Shown here piece by piece: positions 27,296 through 37,067 of a DNA stretch of 64,000 nt. The DNA comes from Pedosphaera sp. GTDB taxonomy: Bacteria; Verrucomicrobiota; Verrucomicrobiia; Limisphaerales; SIBH01. Under the pieces are notes generated by a model. That model had not been told where the DNA came from, searched no databases, and saw nothing but the letters and a program-made list of their open reading frames with translations. Location of the stretch: NCBI GenBank assembly GCA_031414955.1, contig JANOQV010000105.1, positions 40,653 to 104,652 of the forward strand, written 5' to 3'. The position numbers were made by a program, and so were the translations under genes. Position 1 is the first letter of the stretch. Each line of letters opens with the position of its first letter.

Positions 27296-29962
27296 ATGAA
27301 ATGGAGCAATTGTTTGAGTCGCGCGGCGTCGGTGTGGGTGCTGTCGCTGTGGGTGCCGTGCTCGCGCGGGGCCGAAGTCCCGCCGGACTACCGCTTCAAG
27401 GCGGAGACGCTGGCCACCGGCATGGCGCAGCCGATGGAACTGGAGTTGGCACCCGACGGGCGCATCTTCTTCAACGAGATCAACGGCAAGCTGCGCCTCT
27501 GGAAACCGGGCGCGGGCCTGTTCGAGGCGGGGAAGATTCCGGTGTTTACGGCGCAGGAGAATGGGTTCCTCGGCTTCGCACTCGATCCGAAATTCGCGCG
27601 CAACGGTCACATCTTCCTCTACTACTCGCCGACCAATCACACCGGTCAGCGCCTGAGCCGCTTCGTGATGAAGGGCGACACGCTGGACACGGCGAGCGAG
27701 AAGACCGTGCTGCAATTTCCCGAGCAGCGGAAGGATTGCTGCCATCATGCCGGCTCGGTGGAGTTCGCGCCGGATGGAAATCTGTTCATCTCCACCGGCG
27801 ACAACACGCATCCCGGCGGTGACTCGGCGGGCTACGCGCCGATGGACGAGCGGCCCGGCCGCGACGAGTACGACGCGCAAGATGGCCCGGGTAACACGCA
27901 CGACTTGCGCGGGAAAATTCTCCGCATTCGCGTGACGGCCGACGGCGGCTACACGATTCCCACTGGCAATCTGTTTCCCAAGGACGGCTCGCAGGGTCGC
28001 CCGGAGATTTACGCGATGGGCTGCCGCAATCCGTGGCGCATGAGCGTGGATGAGAAGACGGGGATCGTCTATTGGGGCGAGGTCGGGCCGGATGCGGGCG
28101 GCGACGGCTCGCGGGGGTCGCGCGGTTACGACGAGATCAATCAGGCGAAGAAGCCGGGGTTCTTCGGCTGGCCGTTTTTCGTGGGGAGCAACTCCGCTTA
28201 CGCGCGCTACGACTTTGAAACGAAGAAGGTAGGCGAGAAGTTTGATCCGGCGCGTCCGCTCAACGAGGGGCGCAACAACACGGGCGCGAGAGTGCTGCCG
28301 CCCGCGACCCCCGCGTTCATCTACTGGCCCTACGGCGCGTCGAAGGATTTCCCCATGCTCGGTGAAGGCGGGCGCACGGCCTGCGCGGGGCCGGTTTTTC
28401 ACTTCAAATCGAGCTTCAAGAAGACCGGCGGCTTTCCCGAGCACTTCGACAATTGTCTGCTCTTTTACGATTGGCAGCGGCCGTTCATGAAGTGGGCGCG
28501 GCTGGACAAGGATTCCAACCTCAAGGGCATCGAGCCGTTCACGAGTGCGGTGTCGTTGATGAACGAGCGCACCAGAATCAACGCCGCCGAGCAGCGGGGC
28601 GAATACGTCCTTCGTCGCGTGGTCGATTCGCAGTTTGGTCCCGACGGTTGCCTCTACCTGCTCGACTACGGCGAGACGTGGGGCGCAAACGCCGACGCCA
28701 AGCTGGTGAAGATTTCTTATCAGTGGGGCAACCTTGCTCCTGTCGCCAAAGCCACCGCCACTCCGGGTGCCGGACGCGAACCGCTCATGGTTGCACTTTC
28801 CGCCGCTGGCTCGAAGGATCATGAGGGCGACGCCTTGCGCCATGAGTGGCGCTTGCACCCCGGCGGAAAACTACTGGCCAAGGAAGCGAACGCGCGGGCG
28901 ATCATCGACCAACCCGGCAATTACGTCCTCGAACTCATCGTCACCGACAGCAAGGGCGCGAGGGGCCAGACCAGTCTGCCGTTGACCGTGGGGAACACGC
29001 CGCCCCAAGTCGCCTTCAAGGAACCGCACGAGGGCGATTTCTTCACGCCGGGCAAACCACTGGGCTACGAAGTCGCCGTGCGCGACGCCGAGGACGGCCG
29101 TTCCGAGAATGAAGACGAGTTCATGGACGCGCGCGTTTACGTCAGCGCGAAGTGGAGCCGCGGCGAGGGCAAGGAACAGACTGATGAACCGGGTCTCGCG
29201 CTGATGAAGCAGAGCGATTGCTTCAACTGCCACGCCGTCGAGTCGAAGATCGTCGGCCCGCCTTTCCTCGACGTGGCGAAGAAGTATCGCGGCCAGCCAG
29301 GCGCGTTCGAGGCCAGCGTGCAGCGCGTGCGCCTCGGCAGCAGCAAGGTCTGGAGCGAGGTGCCGATGCTCCCGCATGAATCGATGAGCGCGGACCAGAT
29401 TCAACTGATGGTGCGCTGGGTTTACGGCCTGGAGCCGGGCAAGGCCGGCGCGGGGCTTATCCGCGGCCTGCGCGGCGAATTGAGGGCGCCGAAGGACGAT
29501 AAGATGCGCACCGCCATTCTCGAAGCCAGCTACACCGACGGCGGACGCGCGCCCGCTGGTTCGCTCGCTGGCTCCACGACTGTGAAGCTCCGTCATCGTC
29601 GCCTCGAAGCCGAGCGCGCCGACACCATCACCGGCGCGAAGATTCTCGGCAGCAGCGTCGGGGCGATTGATCACGGCCATTGGCTCCGCTTCGCCGCGTT
29701 GAATCTTTCAGACTCAACGAACGCCACGGTGCGGGCCTCATCCGGCAACGTGGGCGGCGTCATCGAAGTGCGTTCGGGTTCAGCGACCGGCGAACTGCTC
29801 GCCAGCTTCGAGGTAAAATCCACCGGCGGCTGGGACAAATGGGTGGAACTCACTTCTCCGCTCAAGCCGGCGACTCGCGGCGATGTGTTCGTCGTCTTCA
29901 CCAATCCCGGCAAAGGCGGCTTGATGAACCTCGACTGGATTCAGTTCAACGCGCAGCCGTAG
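27296..29962 (+). CDS. PQQ-dependent sugar dehydrogenase (GSDH-type) fused to PKD, cytochrome c and CBM6-like domains
   Basis: CCHHAG, DLRGKILRI, EIYAMGCRNPWR, FGPDG.LY, PKD segment, CFNCH heme motif and STGGWDKW. Alternative start at 27257. Confidence 0.85.
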   Translation: MKWSNCLSRAASVWVLSLWVPCSRGAEVPPDYRFKAETLATGMAQPMELELAPDGRIFFNEINGKLRLWKPGAGLFEAGKIPVFTAQENGFLGFALDPKFARNGHIFLYYSPTNHTGQRLSRFVMKGDTLDTASEKTVLQFPEQRKDCCHHAGSVEFAPDGNLFISTGDNTHPGGDSAGYAPMDERPGRDEYDAQDGPGNTHDLRGKILRIRVTADGGYTIPTGNLFPKDGSQGRPEIYAMGCRNPWRMSVDEKTGIVYWGEVGPDAGGDGSRGSRGYDEINQAKKPGFFGWPFFVGSNSAYARYDFETKKVGEKFDPARPLNEGRNNTGARVLPPATPAFIYWPYGASKDFPMLGEGGRTACAGPVFHFKSSFKKTGGFPEHFDNCLLFYDWQRPFMKWARLDKDSNLKGIEPFTSAVSLMNERTRINAAEQRGEYVLRRVVDSQFGPDGCLYLLDYGETWGANADAKLVKISYQWGNLAPVAKATATPGAGREPLMVALSAAGSKDHEGDALRHEWRLHPGGKLLAKEANARAIIDQPGNYVLELIVTDSKGARGQTSLPLTVGNTPPQVAFKEPHEGDFFTPGKPLGYEVAVRDAEDGRSENEDEFMDARVYVSAKWSRGEGKEQTDEPGLALMKQSDCFNCHAVESKIVGPPFLDVAKKYRGQPGAFEASVQRVRLGSSKVWSEVPMLPHESMSADQIQLMVRWVYGLEPGKAGAGLIRGLRGELRAPKDDKMRTAILEASYTDGGRAPAGSLAGSTTVKLRHRRLEAERADTITGAKILGSSVGAIDHGHWLRFAALNLSDSTNATVRASSGNVGGVIEVRSGSATGELLASFEVKSTGGWDKWVELTSPLKPATRGDVFVVFTNPGKGGLMNLDWIQFNAQP

Positions 29963-30014
29963 CGGACCAGTCTCTGGGGTTGAACGGACACTGGTCCTTG
30001 CTCATGCTCGCGAC

Positions 30015-30793
30015 ATGAACCCATTGCGCGCCTGACTTTGCTCCCAGCCTTCGCCGTGGGGACTGTGCCCGCAGCCCGACTCGCCGCCGCCGATGCACCC
30101 GCGAAGCCAGAGTCAGGTTCCGCGGCTGAAGTGGCGAAGCAAACGTGGACCTTCACTCCGGATCCGAAACTGCCCGACGTGCTCATCCTCGGAGACTCAA
30201 TCTCGATCGGCTACACGCTGGAGGTGCGAGCCTTGCTGGCGGGCCAGGCCAATGTTTTTCGCCCCATCTCGACGGACGGGAAGAGTGCGGAGAATTGCAG
30301 TGGTACGACCAAGGGCGTCCAGGCGGTGGACTGCTGGCTGGGCGACCGCAAATGGGCGGTGATTCATTTCAACTTCGGCCTGCACGACTTGAAGCATGTG
30401 GCCAAGCCGGGGGCCGACACTGCCACAAGCAAGACCCCGGATCCGCGTCAGGCGGACGTGGAGCAGTATCGCAAGAATCTCGAAGCGATTGTTCCCAAGC
30501 TGAAGGCCACGGGCGCGCGACCGGTCTTTGCCACCACCACGCCCGTTGCGCCGGGCACGGCCAGTCCGCTACGCGAACCCGACGCCCCGCCCCGCTACAA
30601 CGCCACCGCGCTGGAGGTGATGAAGGAGCACGGCATCCGGGTGAATGACCTGTTCGCCTTCTGCACACCGCAATTGGAGAAGCTGCAGTTGCCGAAGAAT
30701 GTCCGCTTCTCTACCTCCGGATCAAAAGCCCTCGCCCAACAGGTGGCGCAAGTGATCGAGATGGAACTCAAGGCGAAGGCGGCGAACAAATGA
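30015..30793 (+). pseudogene. SGNH/GDSL hydrolase, probably decayed
   Basis: GDSIS and HFNFGLHD present, but the block V His is Arg (NVRF). The ATG at 30015 is out of frame with the body. Confidence 0.55.
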
Positions 30794-30824
30794 TCAGCAC
30801 GCCCGGGAACGAACTTTGCCGACC

Positions 30825-31006
30825 ATGAAAACTCTGGCGTTGATTCTGAAATCTCTCGTTCTTGTTACGGCGCTGGCGGCGTCACCGGGAATGCTTTCCG
30901 CGGCGGACCGGCCAAACGTCGCCATCTTTCTCGCGGATGATTCGGGCTGGGGCGATTACAGCATCAACGGCAACAAACAGTTACGCACGCCGAACATCGA
31001 CTCACT
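30825..31006 (+). pseudogene. Truncated arylsulfatase N-terminus
   Basis: Signal peptide plus RPNVAIFLADDSGWGD...RTPNIDSL. Homology stops at the 3' end of the convergent kinase gene. Confidence 0.8.
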
Positions 31007-34000
31007 CTATGGATTCTGCCCCACGTTCTCGGCATCAATGGACTCCAGGCTGGGCGGCCGCCAGTGCCAGAGATCTTTTTCGCTCAAGCCGAGAACAGTG
31101 TCCGCATCCAGGAAGATCGGGGTGAAGCTTTGCAGGCGGGCCACCTGCCGGTTCGCCTCCAGATCGAAGAGCAGCGCATCGCTCCATTCATTCACGAACA
31201 ACCGCTTGCCGTCCGGCGAAAACGAGACCCGGAAAAAACTGGTGCGGCTCCCACGAAAGCGCGCGATCTCCCGGCGCGTGGCCAGATCCCACACCCGGAC
31301 GGTGGCGTCCCAGCTCGTCGAGGCCAGCCGCCGGCCGTCGCTCGAGATGGCCACGCGGTTGATCGGATCATCGTGTCCGGCCAGATCCACCAGGCGGCGG
31401 CCGGAGGCAACTTCCCAGACTGAAATTTTTCCGCCGCGGTGGCTGAAGGCGATCTGCCTGCTGTCGGGTGAGAATTGTCCGGTCACGGCCTCCACCGGAG
31501 TTTCTTTCCAGTGATGAGCGAGATATGCCGGCTCCAGCGACCAGAGGTAAAAAGACCGGTCTTTCGCCACGCCGGCCAGCCAGCGATCGTCGGCTGAGAA
31601 CACGAGGCTGGACATCTGGTTGGAACCGGGCGGCTTCAGCAAGGCCGCGCGCGTCGTCCCGTCGGTTTCCCAAAGGCCCAGCCCTTCGCCGCTGTCGATG
31701 GCCAGCAGCCGGCCCGCCGGACCGACCGCCACCTTGGTCACGTTCGTAACGGGCAGGGCCAGTTCCTTCCGCACCCGCCCGGCCCGCGGATCGATCAGCA
31801 CGCCGGTGCCGTCCGCTCGCAGCGCCGCGAGGGCCGAGGCGTCGGGCGCGATGCCGCCGTTTCTTTCGGAGACAATTTCCGACGCCAGCTCCAGTCGCAT
31901 TTTGCCCCGCAACGGAAAATCACTTCCCAGGGGGCGGGCCAGGATTTGCCCGTCCGGTCGCGCGCTTAAAAGCAGGCCGGCCTTCGGCAGCACCGTGATG
32001 GTCAGGTGGGACTCGCTCGACTTGAGCATGGCGACGGTGCGCCAGGTGCCCTTCTCCCGAACTTCGATCATCTGATCGTAGCTCATGGTGATTAGTTGAG
32101 AGTCGTCGGCGGAGAACTTGACCCAGGTGACCTGATCCAGATGGGCCGCGAAGTTGGTCGTCTGGAGGCCGGTTTCCAGGTTCCAAATTTGCACGCGGTA
32201 ATCCGTACCCACGCCAAACGCCACCGCTGCCGCGAGCGTCTTGCCGTCACCGGCGAGCGCCAGGGCCAGCGGATGGCCGGTGAACATGTGGCCGGACTGG
32301 AAGACCGTGGTCTTGTCCGTGTCCGCCCGCCACACGGTGATCTCCCGCTGACCGGAACTCACGGCCAGCGTCGAGCCGTTGCGCGACCAGGCCGTGACCG
32401 TCCCGCGCGGCACGGTGTGTTCGCGGAGCAACCGGCGCGAGACCACGTCCCAAATCCGCAGGTGCTTGCCGCCGGAAGTGATCAGGCTCTCGCCGTCCGG
32501 ATGGAAATGCATCGAGGTTAATGCGCCGGGATGCTGGATGGGCGGCCCGCTGCTTTCCAGGTTCGTCAACGACCAGAAACGAATCAGGCCCTTTTTGTCG
32601 AAGGCGGCGAGGAGTTGATCCGACAGCGCGGGAGCCGGCTCGCCGCAGCCGTGGAGTTCCAACGCCTCACGTTGCTCGGGCACATTCCAAAGCTTCAACG
32701 TGCCAGCCTTGTCCTGCGAGGCGATCCAACGACCGTCCGGGGATACACCAAGCCCGGTCACTCCGGTGGCGTGGCGGGCCAGCGGCGTGGCAGGCGGGCC
32801 GCGCAACTGTTCCCAGAGGTAGCGCCACTCCCAGCCGCGCACATCCATCTGGCCGGTGTCGGGGCGGTGCGAGGCGAGCAACTGCCGGGCGTAACTAAAG
32901 CGCCGTTGATCGATGGCCTGCTGGACGAGGCCCATGTCCGCACCGTAGGCGTTGCGGCGCGCCTTCAATTCGCGCTCCTCGGCGAGGATGCGCGCGCGGT
33001 TGATCCGGAAGGCCGCGATGGGCGAGCCGACCGCGACCACGACCAGCAACAGCAAGGCCGCCAGGCCGACGCCGGCCAGCGCGGGCTTGCGCCGGCACCA
33101 GCGGAACACGCGCTCCGGCGCGCTGACCGGTCGCGCGGAGATGGGCTCATTGTTCAGGAACCGGTGCAGTTCATTCGCCAGATCGAGCGCGGTGGAGTAG
33201 CGCCGGTCGCGCGGTTTTTCCAGGCACTTGAGACAGATGGTCTCCAGATCGCGCGGCAGCCTGGGGTGCAGCAGGCGCGGCGCAACCGGATCTTTTTCCA
33301 AGACTTGCCGCAAGGTTTCGACCGGCGTCTCCGCCCGGAACGGCGGCCGGCCGCAGAGCAATTCGTAGAGCACCGCGCCCAGCCCATACACATCGCTGCG
33401 CACATCCACCGCGTGAATGTCGCCGCGGGCCTGCTCCGGCGGCATGTAGCTGGGCGAACCCATGACCGTGCCGCTCAAGGTCGCCCCGGATTCGGTCTGC
33501 ATGACTTTCGCCAGTCCGAAATCCGTGACCTGCGGCTCGTCCTCCGGATCGATGAGCACGTTGGCGGGCTTGAGATCCCGGTGCAGAATCTGCCGGGAAT
33601 GCGCGTAATGAATGGCGCGGGCGATTTTCTCCACGTAGCGGGCCGCCTCGCGCGGAGCCAGGGTGTGGTCGCGGGCAAGGTCGGAAAGACTCCGGCCCGC
33701 GACGAAATTCATGGAGTAGAAGTGCTGGCCTTCCACCTCCCCGACTTCGTGGATGGCCACGATGTTGGGATGATTGAGCTGGGCGGCGGAAGTGGCTTCG
33801 ACCTGGAAGCGGCGAATTTCATCCGCGCCCGCCAGCAGCTCGCTCCGGATCATTTTCAGCGCCACGACGCGGCTGAGCGATCGTTGCCGCGCCTTGTAAA
33901 CCACGCCCATGCCGCCGCGCGCGATCTCTCCGAGCAATTCGTAATCGCCAAAGACCTGGCTCGAGCTGGATGGGCTCGCAGCCCCGAGGTCCTCGATCCG

Positions 34001-34150
34001 GTGCAACCGAATAGTCTCCGCCGCCGCCTTCACCGCGCCCGCCCCCGCTCCGTCCGCCGCGAGGAAACTGGCGCAGTCAGGACAAAGCCCCGCCGCGACA
34101 CCCTCCGGCAGCGCGCGACGGCACTCCGAACATCTTTTGATCAAGCTCAC
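31007..34150 (-). CDS. Ser/Thr protein kinase with TM segment and WD40 repeats
   Basis: N-terminal CxxC..CxxC; IARGGMGVVY, VALKMI, HRDLKPAN, DFGLA, GSPSYMPPEQ; WEWRYL linker; WD40 repeats. Confidence 0.95.
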   Translation of the reverse strand: MSLIKRCSECRRALPEGVAAGLCPDCASFLAADGAGAGAVKAAAETIRLHRIEDLGAASPSSSSQVFGDYELLGEIARGGMGVVYKARQRSLSRVVALKMIRSELLAGADEIRRFQVEATSAAQLNHPNIVAIHEVGEVEGQHFYSMNFVAGRSLSDLARDHTLAPREAARYVEKIARAIHYAHSRQILHRDLKPANVLIDPEDEPQVTDFGLAKVMQTESGATLSGTVMGSPSYMPPEQARGDIHAVDVRSDVYGLGAVLYELLCGRPPFRAETPVETLRQVLEKDPVAPRLLHPRLPRDLETICLKCLEKPRDRRYSTALDLANELHRFLNNEPISARPVSAPERVFRWCRRKPALAGVGLAALLLLVVVAVGSPIAAFRINRARILAEERELKARRNAYGADMGLVQQAIDQRRFSYARQLLASHRPDTGQMDVRGWEWRYLWEQLRGPPATPLARHATGVTGLGVSPDGRWIASQDKAGTLKLWNVPEQREALELHGCGEPAPALSDQLLAAFDKKGLIRFWSLTNLESSGPPIQHPGALTSMHFHPDGESLITSGGKHLRIWDVVSRRLLREHTVPRGTVTAWSRNGSTLAVSSGQREITVWRADTDKTTVFQSGHMFTGHPLALALAGDGKTLAAAVAFGVGTDYRVQIWNLETGLQTTNFAAHLDQVTWVKFSADDSQLITMSYDQMIEVREKGTWRTVAMLKSSESHLTITVLPKAGLLLSARPDGQILARPLGSDFPLRGKMRLELASEIVSERNGGIAPDASALAALRADGTGVLIDPRAGRVRKELALPVTNVTKVAVGPAGRLLAIDSGEGLGLWETDGTTRAALLKPPGSNQMSSLVFSADDRWLAGVAKDRSFYLWSLEPAYLAHHWKETPVEAVTGQFSPDSRQIAFSHRGGKISVWEVASGRRLVDLAGHDDPINRVAISSDGRRLASTSWDATVRVWDLATRREIARFRGSRTSFFRVSFSPDGKRLFVNEWSDALLFDLEANRQVARLQSFTPIFLDADTVLGLSEKDLWHWRPPSLESIDAENVGQNP

Positions 34151-34336
34151 AGACCCGAGTCATCAGCGCAGGTGCATCTCGCGCTGCGGTTCGGACGCAG
34201 GCTACCAGAGTGCGGGATCTGGAGGCCAGCATCGCCTGCCACGGGCGCACGGCCCGGGCGCTGTCTGAATTGATCTGGGACTCGTCCCGCCCGCAGTGCT
34301 AGCGTCGCCGCATCCCGAAATGACCGCTTGTTCCCG

Positions 34337-36088
34337 ATGAAACTCTGGCGATGGTTGGCGTTGCTCTGCGCTCTGTGCGGCCCCGTGTTTGGGGCTGTGA
34401 AACCAAGCGTCGTCATCTTTCTCGCGGATGATTCGGGCTGGGGCGACTACGGCATCAGCGGCAACACGCAGGTGCGCACGCCGAACATCGACTCCATCGC
34501 GCGAGGCGGGGTAACACTCGATCGGTTCTACGTGTGCGCGGTGTGTTCGCCAACGCGCGCAGAGTTTCTCACGGGGCGTTATCATCCGCGCACCGGCGTG
34601 CGCGGCGTCTCGACCGGACAGGAACGGTTGAACACGGACGAGAAGACGTTGGCCGATGCGTTCAAGGCGGCGGGCTACGCGACCGGCGCGTTCGGCAAAT
34701 GGCACAACGGAAGTCAGTGGCCGTATCATCCGAACGCGCGCGGCTTCGACGAGTATTACGGGTTCACGTCCGGGCACTGGGGCGAATACTTTGACCCGCC
34801 GCTGGAACACAATGGCCAACCCGTGCGCGGCAAGGGTTACGTCGCGGATGATTTCACCAGTCGCGCGCTGGAGTTCATCGAGAAGAATCGCGAGAAGCCG
34901 TTTCTCTGCTACGTGCCGTTCAACACGCCGCATTCGCCGTGGGCCGTGCCGGATGAATTCTGGCAACGGTTCAAAGACAAACCCATCTCTCAGCGCGGCA
35001 CTGATGCGAACAAGGAACAGTTGGCTCAAACCCGCTGTGCGCTCGCGATGATGGAGAACCTCGACGCGAACGCGGGCCGCGTGCTCAAGCGTCTCGACGA
35101 ACTCAAGCTGAGTGAGAACACCATCGTCATCTATTTCTCGGACAACGGCCCGAATGCGTGGCGCTGGAACGGCGGGATGAAGGGCATCAAAGGCACGACG
35201 GACGAAGGCGGCGTGCGCTCCGTGTTCTTCATGCGCTGGCCGGGCGGAGGAATCAATGCGGGCACAGTGATGAAGGAAATTGCCGGAGCCATTGATCTGC
35301 TGCCCACGCTCACCGCGCTGGCGGGCGTGAAGCGTGTCGGCGACAAGCCGCTCGACGGCCGCGACCTTTCGCCACTGTTGCGCGGTGAATCCGCGGGATG
35401 GCGAGACCGCCTGATTTTTTCCCACCAGAACGGCAACGTCAGCGCGCGCTCACAGCAATATCGCTTGGACAATCGCGGTGCGCTCTTCGACATGATCGCC
35501 GACCCCGGCCAGACGAAGAACATCGCGAGTGACAAGCCCGACATCGCCACGCAGATGACGAAGGCCGTGGCCGACTGGCGCGCGGAGGTTTTGCCCAAGT
35601 CCAAGGACGACCGCCCGTATCCCGTCGGCTTCTCCCAGTTCCCACGCACGCCACTGCCCGCGCGCGACGGTGTTCCGCACGGCAGCATCAAGCGCAGCGC
35701 CGGGGCACCGAACTGCTCCTACTTCGTGAACTGGACAAACCTCGACGACGAGATGACGTGGGACATCGAAGTGAACACCACAGGCAATTACGACGTGGAA
35801 ATTCTCTACACCTGTCCCGTCGCCGACGCCGGTTCGACCATTGAACTCGAATTCAACGGCACGAAACTCACCGGCACCGTCACCCCCGGCTGGAATCCGC
35901 CGCTCTACACGAATCAGGACACCATCGCGCGCCCGCCCGGCGAATCGAAGATGAAGGAGTTCCGCTCGCTGGCTCTCGGCACGATGCGACTGGAAAAAGG
36001 CCGTGGCCCGCTCACGCTGCGCGCACTGAAGATACCCGGCCAAAGTGTCATGGATGTCCGGCAGGTGAACCTCACGCTCCGGAAATAA
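34337..36088 (+). CDS. Arylsulfatase (formylglycine-dependent) with a C-terminal beta-sandwich
   Basis: FLADDSGWGD, CSPTRAEFLTGR, FGKWHNG, SDNG and EGGVR. Confidence 0.95.
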   Translation: MKLWRWLALLCALCGPVFGAVKPSVVIFLADDSGWGDYGISGNTQVRTPNIDSIARGGVTLDRFYVCAVCSPTRAEFLTGRYHPRTGVRGVSTGQERLNTDEKTLADAFKAAGYATGAFGKWHNGSQWPYHPNARGFDEYYGFTSGHWGEYFDPPLEHNGQPVRGKGYVADDFTSRALEFIEKNREKPFLCYVPFNTPHSPWAVPDEFWQRFKDKPISQRGTDANKEQLAQTRCALAMMENLDANAGRVLKRLDELKLSENTIVIYFSDNGPNAWRWNGGMKGIKGTTDEGGVRSVFFMRWPGGGINAGTVMKEIAGAIDLLPTLTALAGVKRVGDKPLDGRDLSPLLRGESAGWRDRLIFSHQNGNVSARSQQYRLDNRGALFDMIADPGQTKNIASDKPDIATQMTKAVADWRAEVLPKSKDDRPYPVGFSQFPRTPLPARDGVPHGSIKRSAGAPNCSYFVNWTNLDDEMTWDIEVNTTGNYDVEILYTCPVADAGSTIELEFNGTKLTGTVTPGWNPPLYTNQDTIARPPGESKMKEFRSLALGTMRLEKGRGPLTLRALKIPGQSVMDVRQVNLTLRK

Positions 36089-36100
36089 GTGCCACAGCCG

Positions 36101-36203
36101 GAGCGCCGTAGGTGCGGCAAGAAAATAGCCCAGGGCAAGCGAGACGAAGTGCGCGCCGCCCTGGGTTCACGTCCCCAAAAAATCTCCAAGCCCTGTAGGG
36201 GCG
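36101..36203. repeat. Left arm of a split REP doublet
   Basis: AATAGCCCAGGGC...GCCCTGGGTT...AAGCCCTGTAGGGGCG, ending flush with the endonuclease stop codon. Confidence 0.7.
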
Positions 36204-37067
36204 TTACACGGCCAAATCAAGAGGCAGGTCTGCGATGTCGCGAAGCCTTTTGCCTTCGACCATGATTTTGAGGGACTCTTGTGAATCCTCGTTTCCTTCC
36301 GCCTCAACCGCTTGTTGCAATTCCGGCAAGGCGAAGTGGTAAACGCAATCGATGTCTCCCGTGCCCAGCGCCAGCGATGAAAGGCGGCTCGGCAAGGGTT
36401 CTGAAGTGAGCACCGCGATGTGGGGAGTCCGGCCCTTTCGGTTGCGGATGAGGTTCAACGCTTCGGAGCGGGCATTCTGCGCGCGGTCGCTGCGGAGCGT
36501 CAGCTTGCAGGAGATGCTGGCATGGATGAGCGGAAGCCCGCCGTTCCGCGCTCGCAATCCCGTGTGACGCGCAATCGAGTCATCCACTAAAACTTCGGGC
36601 TCGTTGATACGTTCGTCCGGTTCCGGGTGGCGCATGATCACGATGTCAGGGCAGATGAAGTAGTCAGTGCCAAGTGTCGTCGCAAGGACAGTGTTCCCCT
36701 TGCAAGCTTCGGCAATCGCGGACAAGTGGCCGTATTGTTCGTATCGCGCGATGCCGATCCGGTCGCCTTGGCCGATGCGAATTACTTCCCAATCACCGGG
36801 CCGGATGTGCTGGAGCTTGAGAAAAGTAGCTTCAAGAAAATCAGCGCAGATGGACTCGAATTCGTTTCCAGCGGTCTGGGCCGCAAGTTTGTCGGCGTTC
36901 ACAGCTTGTCCCAACTGTTCCACGATGGCCTTTGCGATACGGATGCTTGCTCCGTTCTTCTTGTCCGCAATGCTGGGTATGCCGTCTCTAACGGTCAGCA
37001 AGTGCTCGAATAGTTGCTGATGAAAACGTCGGCGTGCTGCCTGCATGAGTGCGTGTTTGATCATCAT
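36204..37067 (-). CDS. NgoMIV-family type II restriction endonuclease (GCCGGC)
   Basis: GNEFE, PDIVI, HASISCK.TLRSDRAQNARSEALNLIRNRKGR and LALGTGDIDCVYHFAL. Confidence 0.9.
   Translation of the reverse strand: MMIKHALMQAARRRFHQQLFEHLLTVRDGIPSIADKKNGASIRIAKAIVEQLGQAVNADKLAAQTAGNEFESICADFLEATFLKLQHIRPGDWEVIRIGQGDRIGIARYEQYGHLSAIAEACKGNTVLATTLGTDYFICPDIVIMRHPEPDERINEPEVLVDDSIARHTGLRARNGGLPLIHASISCKLTLRSDRAQNARSEALNLIRNRKGRTPHIAVLTSEPLPSRLSSLALGTGDIDCVYHFALPELQQAVEAEGNEDSQESLKIMVEGKRLRDIADLPLDLAV

Noticed and set aside
30816..31514. 232-aa ORF as an intact gene
   Set aside because: Only about the first 60 codons are sulfatase-like; the rest is read-through antisense to the kinase gene.
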